Assembly (NCBI GenBank): GCA_951406725.2
Contig: OX597825.1
Location: 35,092,001 to 35,156,000, forward strand
Length of the DNA: 64,000 nt
Reading direction: 5' to 3'
Origin: Octopus vulgaris
Lineage: Eukaryota
In this document: positions 26,685-38,842 of the stretch, in pieces
How the letters are laid out: the number at the start of each line of letters is the position of its first letter
Numbering within the stretch: the first letter of the stretch is position 1
Made by a program: the position numbers and the translations under genes
The notes under the pieces: generated by a model
What the model saw: the letters and a program-made list of their open reading frames with translations, nothing else
What the model was told of the DNA's origin: nothing
The model's database searches: none

Positions 26685-26865
26685 ATGATCGAAATACGAG
26701 AGTAGAAAAAACAGTCAACAACTGATGATGGGTCATTCTTTGTGTTGTTTGTCTTGTTTTCCATTTGTGTCTTTCGTTGTTCGAAAAAATAGTTCATATT
26801 CCATGCACTACTCCGTATTTTTTGTTGTACACATTTCGTGACGTCCTGTGCCCATATATGCATAT
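26685..26865 (+). mobile_element. Short repeat with hammerhead-like half motifs ending at (TA)n (family shared with 44606-44810)
   Basis: GAAA...GAGTA...acaaCTGATGA..., ttcgttgttcgaaaaaa and gtcctgt(g/a)cccatatatgcat are shared between the two copies. Confidence 0.65.
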
Positions 26866-26900
26866 ATATGTATAAATATAAGTATGTACAAATACGTATG

Positions 26901-26950
<50 letters not shown>

Positions 26951-26958
<8 letters not shown>

Positions 26959-27252
26959 ATCACGTGACCGACCAGACCATCAGATGTTTTACACATCGCT
27001 GGTCACAATGCGTTCGCATTGTTTTAGCCTTCGAATGACGCCACCCCGCTGGCTAAGCGAGCAGGCCAACAGAAGAAAGAGAGAGAGAAAGAGAGGTGAA
27101 AGAGTACAGTAGGGATCACCACCCCCTGCCGGAGCCTCGTGGAGCTTTTAGGTGTTTTCGCTCAATAAACACTCACAACGCCCGGTCTGGGAATCGAAAC
27201 CGCCATCCTACGACCGCGAGTCCGCTGCCCTAACCACTAGGCCATTGCGCCT

Positions 27253-27255
<3 letters not shown>
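26951..27255 (-). mobile_element. SINE family C
   Basis: tggaggcgcaatggcc tRNA-like head on the minus strand; tail ends in cacgtgatcacgtga next to (TA)n. Confidence 0.92.
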
Positions 27256-27298
<43 letters not shown>

Positions 27299-29549
27299 TA
27301 TTTATATGATATATATATATATAGGTAGTGCTCCAGCATGGTCACAGTCAAATGATTGAAACAAGTAAAAGAATAAAAGAATAATATACATACATATATA
27401 TACATATATATATATATTTACATGCACACACACAACGGGCTTCTTTCAGTTTCCGTCTACCGTATACGCTCAAGGTACCACGCTGTGGGACTGAAACTGG
27501 AACCATGTGGTTGAGAAGTAAACTTCTTACCACTCACAAATGCACTGATTGATACACAACCAGAGAAACAAATACGCATAAGCAGCCACATAAATACAGA
27601 CTCTAATGAACGCACACATAATATAATTTCCGTAGCTAGAAATCTAACCTATTTAAATATTTCGCTTCACGGAAATATGGATAATCTGGATTTAAATATC
27701 TTACGATCAAATATCATAAACAACAGTTTAATCGATTATATTCAGTTAATATCTGATACACTTTGTCAGTATTGATTTGTATCGGCTTTTACAACCCTTT
27801 GGGACTATTTACCGGTATTTAAAAAGTAATTAAATTTTTTAGAAAGAAGTGTTTAAAATTTCACAGCTTTGCAATCATAAAACTATATAAAATAGATGCA
27901 GATTTCTGTCTAATATTAGCAGACATATTGCCTTGGTTATTCTTGCTCTGTTATAAATGTGAGCCGAGAGGCTGGGCTGATTACAGCTTGAACGTTTTTG
28001 ATCATAGTACTTATTGAGTAGTGAGGTATTATTTAAATATATTTTTTTGAATATATTTTGCTGGCTTAATCGAAATATAAAAGGGAGTGAAGATGATCTT
28101 TTGAGAGACCCACTGAGACTAGTGTGTAAAAGAAGCTAGGCACCAGATTCGAATCTGCTGGAGGTTTCCAAACTCCATGTGGTTATGTTAAACAGGACGA
28201 TAGAGAAAATCTGTTGCAAGGTTTGAAACTGAATCGACGAACTGCAAAGTTAAAATCACAGCTTAGTAACCCCTTTTTCATGTAAGCGGCCGAGTAATGA
28301 ATGAATCAGCAATCAAACATCACAAGAAGTATCTTTCTAGAAGCCTATAGAACGTCCCTGTACAAGACTTATAAATAGATATGTTTTTAGTACCAACTTT
28401 GCAGAGTCACAGACGATCGGGCGGAATGCGTCTCCACTCTCGCTAGGCCATGTTTCATTTAATACGTCTCATTTCTTACTTCACTGTATAGCAGCCCACT
28501 GCTCAGCTCCACATACTCTTTTGCTGTTTTCAATAGTCGTTATCGCGGCTCTTACTCAACCTTGATATGCTGTTATAGTTGGCCGATATGAACTCAACAT
28601 GTATAATTTCTCCTGTCTTGGCAGCTTAATTACAGAGCCTTTTTAAATCAACTATTTGTAAGAGCTACAGAATTGTTCTTTCCACTGTGTAAACTTTGCT
28701 ATGGCAATTTCTAATTCATGACCAACTTGAAAATCACTTGTGCGGTAAAACAGAATTCTGTTGATTGTTCACGAGCATTGTGCATTCAAACACAGCCTAA
28801 TTCCAACTTGACTACTAGCATCTCATATCTTTCTTTCTTTGTCTCTTCTGATAACCAGCCACAACGACTACACTGCGTGACAAATTTATATGCTAACCAC
28901 ATACTAACTATAATACTAGCTATATGCTACATAATAAACTATAATATTGACTAAAGAAAAGGCAAAGTTCGTCCGACTGATTCTACGCAGTTTTCATTTA
29001 TGTAATTTCACACACAGGCAAGTTGGTAGATCTGATGAGCCATGCAGTGGGATCGAACCTGGAGCCACAAGACTACGAAGCGAACTTTTTAACCATACCT
29101 TCACCAGGTTATCTTTTTTTTTTGAACAATTCATTAACCCCATGTTTAGAAATGAAATATTACAATATTTACATCAACACCATATTTTGATCAGTTTGCT
29201 CTCCAGTCACCTTCAGATGTTTTACTTCTGAATGTGTTCATAATACAAGACTGGATTCAGCCTAGAAGTCTTTGCATCATTTATTAACGTTATCTCTACA
29301 GATATTCTATAGAAATTATAAGCAGCATTGATTTTTGTTACGATGTTCTGTATCCGAAACGTCAGCTATAAACAAACAATAAGATCGAAGATGAAAAAGG
29401 GGTAATGGACGTATTTGCCATATTTCGGGAGTTTTGCTACTTCATCAGCACCCACCCAACCCCATAATCATCCACAAACACATTGTTTAAACAGCCACTA
29501 AATACAGCGGTGTTATGCTATTGGATATATAGAGTTTACTTTTAAACTG

Positions 29550-30065
29550 TGGAGGCGCAATGGCCCAATGGTAGGGCAGCGGTCTCACGGTCGTAGGATC
29601 ACGTTTTCGAATCCCAGACCGAGTATTGTGAGTGTTTATTGAGCGAAAACACCTAAAGCTCCACGAGGCTCCGGCAGGGGGTGGTGGTGAACCCTGCTGT
29701 ACTCTTTCACCACAACTTTCTATCACTCTTTCTTCCTGTTTCTTTGTACCTGTATTTCAAAGGGGCCAGCCTTGTCACACTCTGTGTCACGCTGAATCTC
29801 CTCGAGAACTACGTTAAGGGTACATGTGTCTGTGGAGTGCTCTGCCACTTGCACGTTAATAAATGAGCTGCGACGTCACTGGTGCCCCAAGCTGTATCGG
29901 CATATGCCTTTCCCTTGGATAACATCGGTGGCGTGGAGAGGAGAGACTGGTATGCGTGGGCGACTGCTGGTCTTCCATAAACAACCTTGCCCAGACTTGT
30001 GCCTCGGAGGGTAACTTTCTAGGTGCAATCCCATGGTCATTCATGACCGAAGGGGTCACAAAAAA
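29550..30065 (+). mobile_element. SINE family C, long-tail variant
   Basis: Same head as 41707 and 27255 but a different ~330 bp 3' part, ending in hairpin ggtcat-tc-atgacc and an A-rich tail. Confidence 0.9.
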
Positions 30066-31614
30066 AACCAACTTCTAAACTGAAGGCAATTACGCTCTTA
30101 CCTGCAAAGCCACCAACACACATATCTATATTTTGAATCCAGTGTGGTACTGTCGCCAGTATGCTTTGTCATCAATGTTGTGGTGGTTGCTTGTTGGTGT
30201 GTGTTGCATTGTTGATGACCATTGTCGTGTGGTCTAGCTGGCTGTGTGTAATAAACAAAGCATCTCACAAACTTTTAACGTGCTTATCACTGGACATAAT
30301 TCACTGTTGGCTGTCACAAAAGAAATATGCTGGTAATATAACTGCCAACTGGGAGGAGAAAACCACGCTGCTTTGTGAAAGGCTAGCTGTGACACACCGT
30401 GAATAAGTGCCTGAAGTCGTTTTTTGCTCGAGATGGTCTGTCAGCGTGCCAGTGGTGGTCTGGGTGTAGCAGTCTGCCTTCTGTGACTGACCAAGATGGT
30501 CTACACCAGGTCTGGCCAACTCGAATTACATTGCGAGCCACTTTAATCACAGAAAATGTTTTGAGGGTTGCGTGTATACTGACAGAAGTGAAAGCATTTT
30601 GCTTTTTCATGCTATTATTACAATAATGAATGAACGATCGTTGATTCAACATGAAATATTATCGTTGCAAAACAGTAGCATCTTTCTTTTTTTACTTTTC
30701 ATTACAATCTCTAATTTTTGAGAAACTGATTGAGCGATATATAGATCAACCATGTGAAACTGCGGTAGCTCACTCGCGATCCCCTAGCTGGATATCTTGT
30801 GGTTAGAGTTCGAATCCTTACAGTACTATTAAAATAAAAAAATTATAGTCAATCTGAGGTTCTTAACTCTTTTATGACTCCAGAGCCGAAAATACTCCCC
30901 ATCATGTGCCCATATTTACTTCTCCAAAATGTCGAAATTGTCATCACAAAACAGTTCTCTTATGTAAAAATATCAACCGAATGCCCCAGTCTAACAATAA
31001 AATGTCCATCTCAAAAGCTGTTCGCAATAGAGAATTTTTGATGCTTGAATAATTGAGAATTTCATCCCGATATTTCACATACAAGAAAGCATGGTAACAA
31101 GTTAAATCATGTACATCGGTGGGGTACAATAAGACAAATTCCTATCTGTTCTCATCACAGAACCTTCGAAATCATCGGTGATTCAATGCACGTATTTGAA
31201 TAAAGTGGACCGTTTACGCAACTATCTCCATTACTTATTTACTTGGCGATGTAGATCTGTGAGGAAGACGTGTAAAGCATTCTTCTTGGTTAGAAATATG
31301 AAGCCAGATGTTTTCACAATTATGACACAAGTCCGTCGTGCATATAGACCAAATCTTTTGTTAACTCATGGTGATCAAAGAAAATTTGGATTAACTTGAT
31401 CGGCTTTTCTTACTGCATGGTGTCAATTGCTGAGTAAGCACTTTCCCTTAATGTTCTTCTCAAGAAGACACCATTTAGAACAGTCTTTGGAATTTTCATA
31501 AGGTTCATCAGTTGGATGCTGATTTCTCATCGGTCATTTTATTGCCCTTGGACTTGACCTCATAAATGAAAATTATTAATGAAAAATACGCTGACAAAAT
31601 GGTGTTCTTATTGT

Positions 31615-32170
31615 TATCATGTTGTTTACTTGCAGATCAGTCCTGACTGTATAGACTTATATTCAGATGCATTCAAGACAACCTTCTTTTCTTGGCGTAT
31701 CTTGAACTACATTTCTAATACGCCTTTCTTTTGCATGAGAGATGGTGTGATTTGATAATCTCGTTGTCATTTGTAGTAAGAACAAACAAATGCGCAGAAC
31801 TCTCATGTTGTCTAATATAACTAGAATATAAGGTATATCTGGTTACTTAGTGCACTAGTTGTTGCTGATGCTTAGCACCAGGTTAAACCTTATCAAGTAA
31901 CCGTGTAATCACAGACATTTTAGTCATAAACTTAACACTCTTTTTAGACATAGCGTATTGGAACTTAAACAGCCAATGCACCTTTTTTTAAAGACTTTTA
32001 AAGATGTGATTAAAGAGAGTTGGTTGCTATTCCTAGCAGGAAGGACGACTACTTAGAGAAACCTAGTATAACATATAAGCTATTTTGTATCCTTGTGGCC
32101 ATCCTTTTTTAAGAATGCAATGTGTTGAGGGAGATTAGGTTGCTATTTTTTGCGAGTCGCCACGTATATC
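31615..32170 (+). repeat. Two to three tandem copies of an old dispersed repeat
   Basis: Motif gtgtgattt...gagatt(a/t)gg(t/c)tgctatt...tagcagg recurs three times here, and in reverse at ~16490-16790 and ~24805-24950. Confidence 0.6.
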
Positions 32171-33130
32171 TTCTTTACCTATACGGCTATGCGTTATTTT
32201 AACGGTTTAGCAATATTTTCTCGTTATTTTTATCTCTGGTAAGGGAGGAGTAATTTTCCGTTAATTTTATTTGGAATTCTTTTTTATCTTATTCTCTCAC
32301 AATGTTAAAATTCAATTTTCAGGAAGTTGAGTATTCTGAAAAATAGCTGAAACCACACACACATGCACATGACTATTCTTATTCTCAGAATATTTAACGT
32401 GAATGGCGCCATCATGTATAAAGCATGTGCTGGGCGAGAGCAGCTCGTCTTCATATTTCCGATTCCCTGTTGCAGCTATTAGTTACACTTCGCTGAACCC
32501 ACCGCACAAGAAAACTGTCTTATTTCCTTGTGGAGAGGACTATTCAAAGATACTCCTAGCTTGGTGATTATAGGGATTGACGTTGTAGGTTGTGGTAATC
32601 CAACGGTCTTGTTTCACGTTTCTCTTCGTCTTTTCAAACATATTCCTTATATCAGTATGATATCTAAAAAACAAAACCCAACAAAAAAACAAAAAATAAA
32701 GGCAATCCTATTGACAATTTTTCCTCTTCACCACCAATACCTGTAAATTTTGGTGCAACATTAATCCTGCATGTCACCTCATACCAATACAACAAATCGT
32801 CCATCTTATTTCTCTTAGTGACGCAAATCTTTTACACCTCCACTCTCAAACCCGTCTCTTTTGTCTAAGTTACACTCTATAGTTCAGATTTCTTTCTTTT
32901 TTTTTTTTAAATGAGGTACCTTTTCTTTCTATATCGTTCATCACTCCCGTCTAGATATCAGCAACAAACACTTCCAGTTCATCTGATGTTTATACTATTC
33001 TCTGGTCTCGTCCATCCACCAGTAGATGTTTGCTGTCTATTGATAACATATATATGATCCTAGATTCATATTTAGTTTTAACAATCAAAATTTATAATCT
33101 GAAAGCAAGTAGTTGTTTAGGTTTACTCAC

Positions 33131-33240
33131 CAAGTGATGACGACACTACGTCCATCATCTGACGTTTCTGACGGAACACGCTGCATTTTCCCAGCGTGCA
33201 TTGCGGCATGAACGTTTGTGTGATGAACCACTCTCATGCC
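33131..33240 (-). CDS. SLC8A: Probable second coding exon of the NCX gene (start of the large cytosolic loop): GMRVVHHTNVHAAMHAGKMQRVPSETSDDGRSVVIT
   Basis: Strong polypyrimidine tract plus ctcag acceptor, and a TG|gtgagt donor. The 110 nt are open in phase 0, matching the phase-0 donor at 62776. GC-richer, non-repetitive sequence. No homology check was possible. Confidence 0.7.
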
Positions 33241-35465
33241 CTGAGATGACAGAAACATGTGAATAAAGAAAAGAAAAGAGAAAATTAAAATTGTATTTAA
33301 TTCAACACTGCAAGGGAAATGCAATACGTTAATAGAAAAAAAGGTACTCATCTGGAAAATAACATCTTAGTAGAGAAGTAGATACGGTATAAAAAAAGAG
33401 ATGTGTAGGTGTAAAGAACAGCTATTCGTAAACGAAGTAGTTAGTGAAGATGTTAAGAAACAAAAGCCAAAGTAATGTATTGACTGATTACACAAAAGAT
33501 TTCGTTAACATTTCGCATTCGTGAACTTTAGTATCACTGTACATTAACAATACTGTAATGAGAGTTCCTTAATGCTAAAACAGAATGTAAATCAGAGAAT
33601 AGGTTAACTCTCAGTGTATCAAATCTGAAAATTATTTTCGATATCCGGTTGAATACATTTCAGCTCCTAGTTTCTTGGCAGCCTTGAGAAAAATGCAAAA
33701 AAAAAAAAAAAAAATCCCATACCACACCAATTGCTTTTAACTCTAAAAGCTAATGCATATGTGTAAAATATATATTATTTTGGAAATACATTTTCAAGAT
33801 CGAATTTGTTCCGATGCCACAAAGAAAAGTGGGTTTTAACACTTGGTGGGATTGGCCTTCATTGCATAAAGAATAAGTTGTTTCAAGGCTACAAATAAGG
33901 TTAAGCTTATTTGCAACAACACAGTTCATATTTTGTAGTTTACACTACCCGGTTGGATTAAAAATCCTATAACAACTCTGGTGGGTTTTAAATCAGAATG
34001 AAGAAACGGTTTTGTTATATTTCGCATATCTTATATAACTTTTATTAGTCTTAGTTTTAAATACAATAGGAGTAATGTGCTACGTCAAGTCATCAAGGCT
34101 GACATTGGTTAAACAATAATACAGTTCTCATATCCTCTCTAATCAAGGAACTTGATCTACAACAAGGCAATAAACTTTTCTTTGTTTCTTCTTAATCAAA
34201 GGGGTATGTCTGAAGTTAAATTTCACGTCTTGCACCCAGCACACAGCTTTGAAAGCATTATCAACTGGTACTTGTTGACTTAGACAACCACCAAACTTTC
34301 TCTGGACTCTTTGTTTTTGCTTTACTTTAAAAATAGCCGATATATTGATGAAAGTAAAGTTTCATGAAAGCTGTGTTTCAGCCAGTTTCACTTCCACTCT
34401 CATTTTATGAACATCAAGCAATCTTATTTTTATCAATAAGAAAATCATGAAGATGGCTGGCATTACAGAGCATCGTATTAAATCTATGAAGCTGCTTTAC
34501 TTGCTCATTCTTGATTCTCGTATTCAAATCTTATTGAGCTCAACTTTAGTTGATATCACTTCCGAGTCAATAAAATAAATAACAATGATCTACTGTGGTC
34601 GATCCAATTAACTATAATCTTTTGCCTACGAATTCGAATCTAACTTTGTGTGGAAAAAAATTAATATTTTGTTAATCAAAAGGTAAACCATCTCGATGTA
34701 CCTTTGATTTCTATTATATACTAGTTCTTTAACGTTTCTAAAGTGCCTTGGGAAAGTATAAACGACATGATATTCAAAATGCCACAAAATCTGGCATTAT
34801 TTATAATCTAAAAGAAATCAATAAAATAATAAATCCAGTGGTCATCCAAGTTATGTCAGTATCAGCGTAGTGATAGCTAAGAGAGAAGACACGAGTATAA
34901 CAGGGGTGAAAAATATGCGTTTAAAGTGTGTGTATTTGTGGTGTGTGTGAAGTAGATGAAAGTAAGTCGGTTATTGATGCCAACAGGGACTGTAAGTTTA
35001 AGAAATGGGTTTACTGTTGTTTATGATAAAGACAGGAAACGGAAATACCATAGTGTTATCTAAATCCCACAAATAATGAGATGTAGATTTGAGTAATTCG
35101 AAGAATTGATTTAATGGATAATAGGCCTGTGTGATTTGGTATTGTAACAAATATTCTCTTCAACAAATTTTCCCAACACCTTTGGAGGTGTATATAAAGA
35201 AGGTGTGGGGGTAATGTTCTATATATATATATATATATATATATAAGGTGTTGCAGTGCGAGCGAGAGTAGACAAAGGATATAAGTAGTATGACATAAAG
35301 GAATTGTAAAACAAAAGGTCGCCCAGATTGCGGCCAAATCTGAGTGAAGGGAATGGGGTTTCAGAAAACGTGGGAAGTAGTAGGGTTTGTTTGGAGGAGA
35401 CAAAAGTGTTGTAAGATGAAGTACAAAAGGAGTCCGTCAGCAGCAGCAACAACAGCAACAATAAT

Positions 35466-35672
35466 AATGGTTTTCAATTTTGCCACAAGGCCGGCAATTT
35501 CGGGGCAGGAGGATGAGTCGAATACATCGACCCCAGTACTCAATTGGTGCTTATTTTATCGACCGAGAAAGTCGACGTCGGCGGAATTTGAACTTAGAAC
35601 GTAAAGATGGAGGAAATGCCGCTAAGCATTTTGTTCGACATGTTAACGATTCTGCCAGGACACCACCTTAAT

Positions 35673-35719
<47 letters not shown>

Positions 35720-36160
35720 AGATTGAAATTATCATCATTATTATTATTAAATAATAATGATGATAATTTCAAACTTTTTGCCACAAGGGCAGCTTGGAAG
35801 AGGGGATTAAGTCGATTATATATTGATCCCAGTGCGTAACTGGTATTTATTTAATTGACCCCGAAAGGATGAAAGGCAAGTTGACCTTGGTGGAATGTGA
35901 ACTTAGAAGGTAGCGGTAGACGAAATACCTATTTCTTTACTACCCACAAGGGGCTAAACGCAGAGAGGACAAACAAGGACAGACAAACGGATTAAGTCGA
36001 TTACATCGACCCCAGTGCGTAACTGGTACTTAATTTATCGACCCCGAAAGGATGAAAGGCAAAGTCGACCTTGGCGGAATTTGAACTCAGAACGTAACGG
36101 CAGATGAAATACCGCTAAGCATTTCGCCGGGCGTGCTAACGTTTCTGCCAGCTCTCTACT

Positions 36161-36197
<37 letters not shown>

Positions 36198-36425
36198 TAA
36201 TAATAATAATGGTTTCAAATTTTTCCATCATGGCAGCAAGTTTGAGTGAGGGGATGAGTCGATTACATCGACCCCAGTGTTCAGCTGTTACTTATTTTAT
36301 CAACTCTGAAAGGATGAAAGATAAAGTCGACCTTGACGGAATTTGAACCCAGAAGTATCGTTGGGCGAAATACCGCCAAGCATTTTTTGTCTGGCGCGCT
36401 AACGATTCTGCCAGCTCGCCGCCTT
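35466..36425 (-). mobile_element. Cluster of about 4 SINE A copies separated by (AAT)n
   Basis: Repeated cgaccccgaaaggatgaaaggcaaagtcgac...gaatttgaact...ctgccag units. Confidence 0.92.
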
Positions 36426-36449
36426 AATAATAATAGTAGTAGTAGTAGC

Positions 36450-36481
<32 letters not shown>

Positions 36482-37499
36482 TAATAATAATAATAATGAT
36501 TTCATTTATTTGCCACAAGGGCCAAGAATTAGGGGGACAATACAAAGACAGACATAAAGTGTGGAGGTTTACATACAATAAAATGATAAAATAAAAGAAA
36601 GTTAGTATACACGGTATATACTAACGATGAAGGGACATAGCATACAAAAGTTTTTAAAAATGATGAAGACGATGATGAAATTGTGCTTAAAATAGGAAAG
36701 GCATAAATGTACACGAGTGGAATATATTTTTATTCCACATGCATATTTTACAACTCCACTCTATCTCTGCCTCCTTACGAAATTACTCATATAAAATTTA
36801 GAGAGAAAATAGCCCAGATCTAAATGTAACGTTGGACTCCAACAGAGTAGTTAATTTAAGATGATGCATTCTCGAAAGGAAGAAAACAAAAACATTGAGA
36901 AGAAAGATGCGCCAAGAAAACACAAGCAACGAATACAAAACAGGAAAAAATATTGGGAACATAAAGCATAGTGATAGGGCAAGCAAATAACGAAAACACT
37001 GTGAAGTCAAATCTTTACAACACTTGCAGAAAAGGGACCAGCAAAAACCGAATCTGAATAACAAAACTGATATTTGAATAAAAGGGAGTGTGAAGAAACT
37101 TGAAGAAAATGAAATTCTAAAGGTAGAAATCATGCATATAGTGATATAAATGCGAAAATAATTGAAGAATTGCAATAGTAAATGCTTCAACGAAAGTACC
37201 CCCCAAAGATAAAACTCAACGGTAAAATAACAAGAATAAAAATACCCGCAAACCTAGTCATCACTGATTCAATTAAAACAGATATAAATCTCAATATCAC
37301 TTTAGTAAATGAAATAATGCACGCAGTGACTACACTAGTTAAAAAAAGTGAATACTCCCTCAGATCAACTCATAAAGAAATTTCAAACTACAAACAAACA
37401 TGGAAAACAAGCAAACAGAAAAAGAAAGAAAATAAGAGAGAAACTACTCTTAATCCTTAATGAAATAATGAAACCATCAGCGTAATAAGAATGACATCA

Positions 37500-37691
37500 A
37501 GTTTTAACACAAGGCCAGCATTTTAGGTGAAGAATCCCCAGTGTTCAACTGGTACTTATTTTGTCGACCTCGAAAAGATGAGAAGCTAAGTTAGTTTTGA
37601 CGGGATCTAAACCCAGAACCTAAAAACCTCAAAAGAAATGTTATAAAGTATTTTGCTTGGCGTGCTAACGATTCTGTCAACTCACCGCCTC

Positions 37692-37724
<33 letters not shown>

Positions 37725-37965
37725 GACTTGTAAGCACGTGGAACTTCGTTATGCAACCATAATATACTATGAAGTATGTTTTTTGAGTCAACACCACGTC
37801 CTACTGCGTGGTGTTGACTGACAGTTTGGAGGAGGGGGTCAGTTGCTTACATTGACCCCAGTACTCAACCGGTTCTTTATTTATCTACCCGGAAAGAATG
37901 AAAGGCAAAGTCGACCTCGGTGGAATTTGAACTCAGAACGTAGTTACGCGCGAAATACCACTAAT
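37500..37965 (-). mobile_element. Two diverged SINE A copies
   Basis: Same core motifs as the 35466 cluster. Confidence 0.8.
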
Positions 37966-38627
37966 AATTAGCTGGGGATGAATGATAGGACGTCGAACCA
38001 AATGAAACAGGAATAACATATTGAATGACAATGTGGATAGAGTGTAACAAAGTACAACATTAGAAGAGAAACAAACCAATCCATTAACATAATTGAATTC
38101 AAAACCAAATTAACAAACCAAGTATAGTGATGTGGTATAGACACCCAGTGAATGCAATCATTATGTATTTTTTATTTTATGTCTTGTTTGTCTCTTGTCT
38201 TGATTATATATAAAAAATATTTTCACGAAGAAAAAGCATCGAGTGTATATAATAAATAAGAACGGAACATATATAACAAAGCAAAGTTAATCAAGTTAAA
38301 ACAAAACTAACATTACATCTAAATGCTATATATCAACCATGACCAACGCACAGACTCGCACCTGTCAGCTCCAACTTTATGATGAATGTAATAACGTTAG
38401 TTGAATGTGTTGAATGCTCCGAAGCGCAAGTAATTCGAGCGTTCATCAGAACAATCGAAATGCTTAAGCACACAAAAGTAATGGATCAAATAACAATATG
38501 TGGTAGGTTCACACCTATGCTACGCAGTCATAAAACATTTAAGTCATACTAACACAACGAAAGAAACTTGTGTAATTTAGAGAAGGGAAAAATGAATATG
38601 TAAAACAAACAGGTTAAAGAAAGAACT

Positions 38628-38842
38628 CAAATTTTGGCACAAGACTAGTAATTCTGAGTAGAAGAGCAAGTCGATTTCATCGACTCCGCCCCCGTGTTTG
38701 ACTGGTACTTACTTTATTGACTTCGAAAGCATGAAAAGCAAAGTCGATCTCAGCGGCTTTTGAACTCAGAACGTGAAGAGCCGGAAGAAATACGCTAAGT
38801 ATTTTGTCTGGCCTAGTAACGATTCTGCCAGCTTACCGCCCC
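38628..38842 (-). mobile_element. SINE family A
   Basis: Core and head motifs in reverse. Confidence 0.85.

Noticed and set aside
30010-30058. Twister-like ribozyme in the SINE C tail (UAAC...UCCC...GAAGGGG)
   Set aside because: P4 and the GU/AC pseudoknot cannot be formed convincingly. A simple LINE-type hairpin explains it.
30161-30652. Overlapping ORFs in GC-richer sequence
   Set aside because: No splice signals or protein motifs recognised; left unassigned.
32540-33032. Other acceptor-like sites just downstream of the 33131 exon
   Set aside because: They give an immediate or early stop in the required phase.
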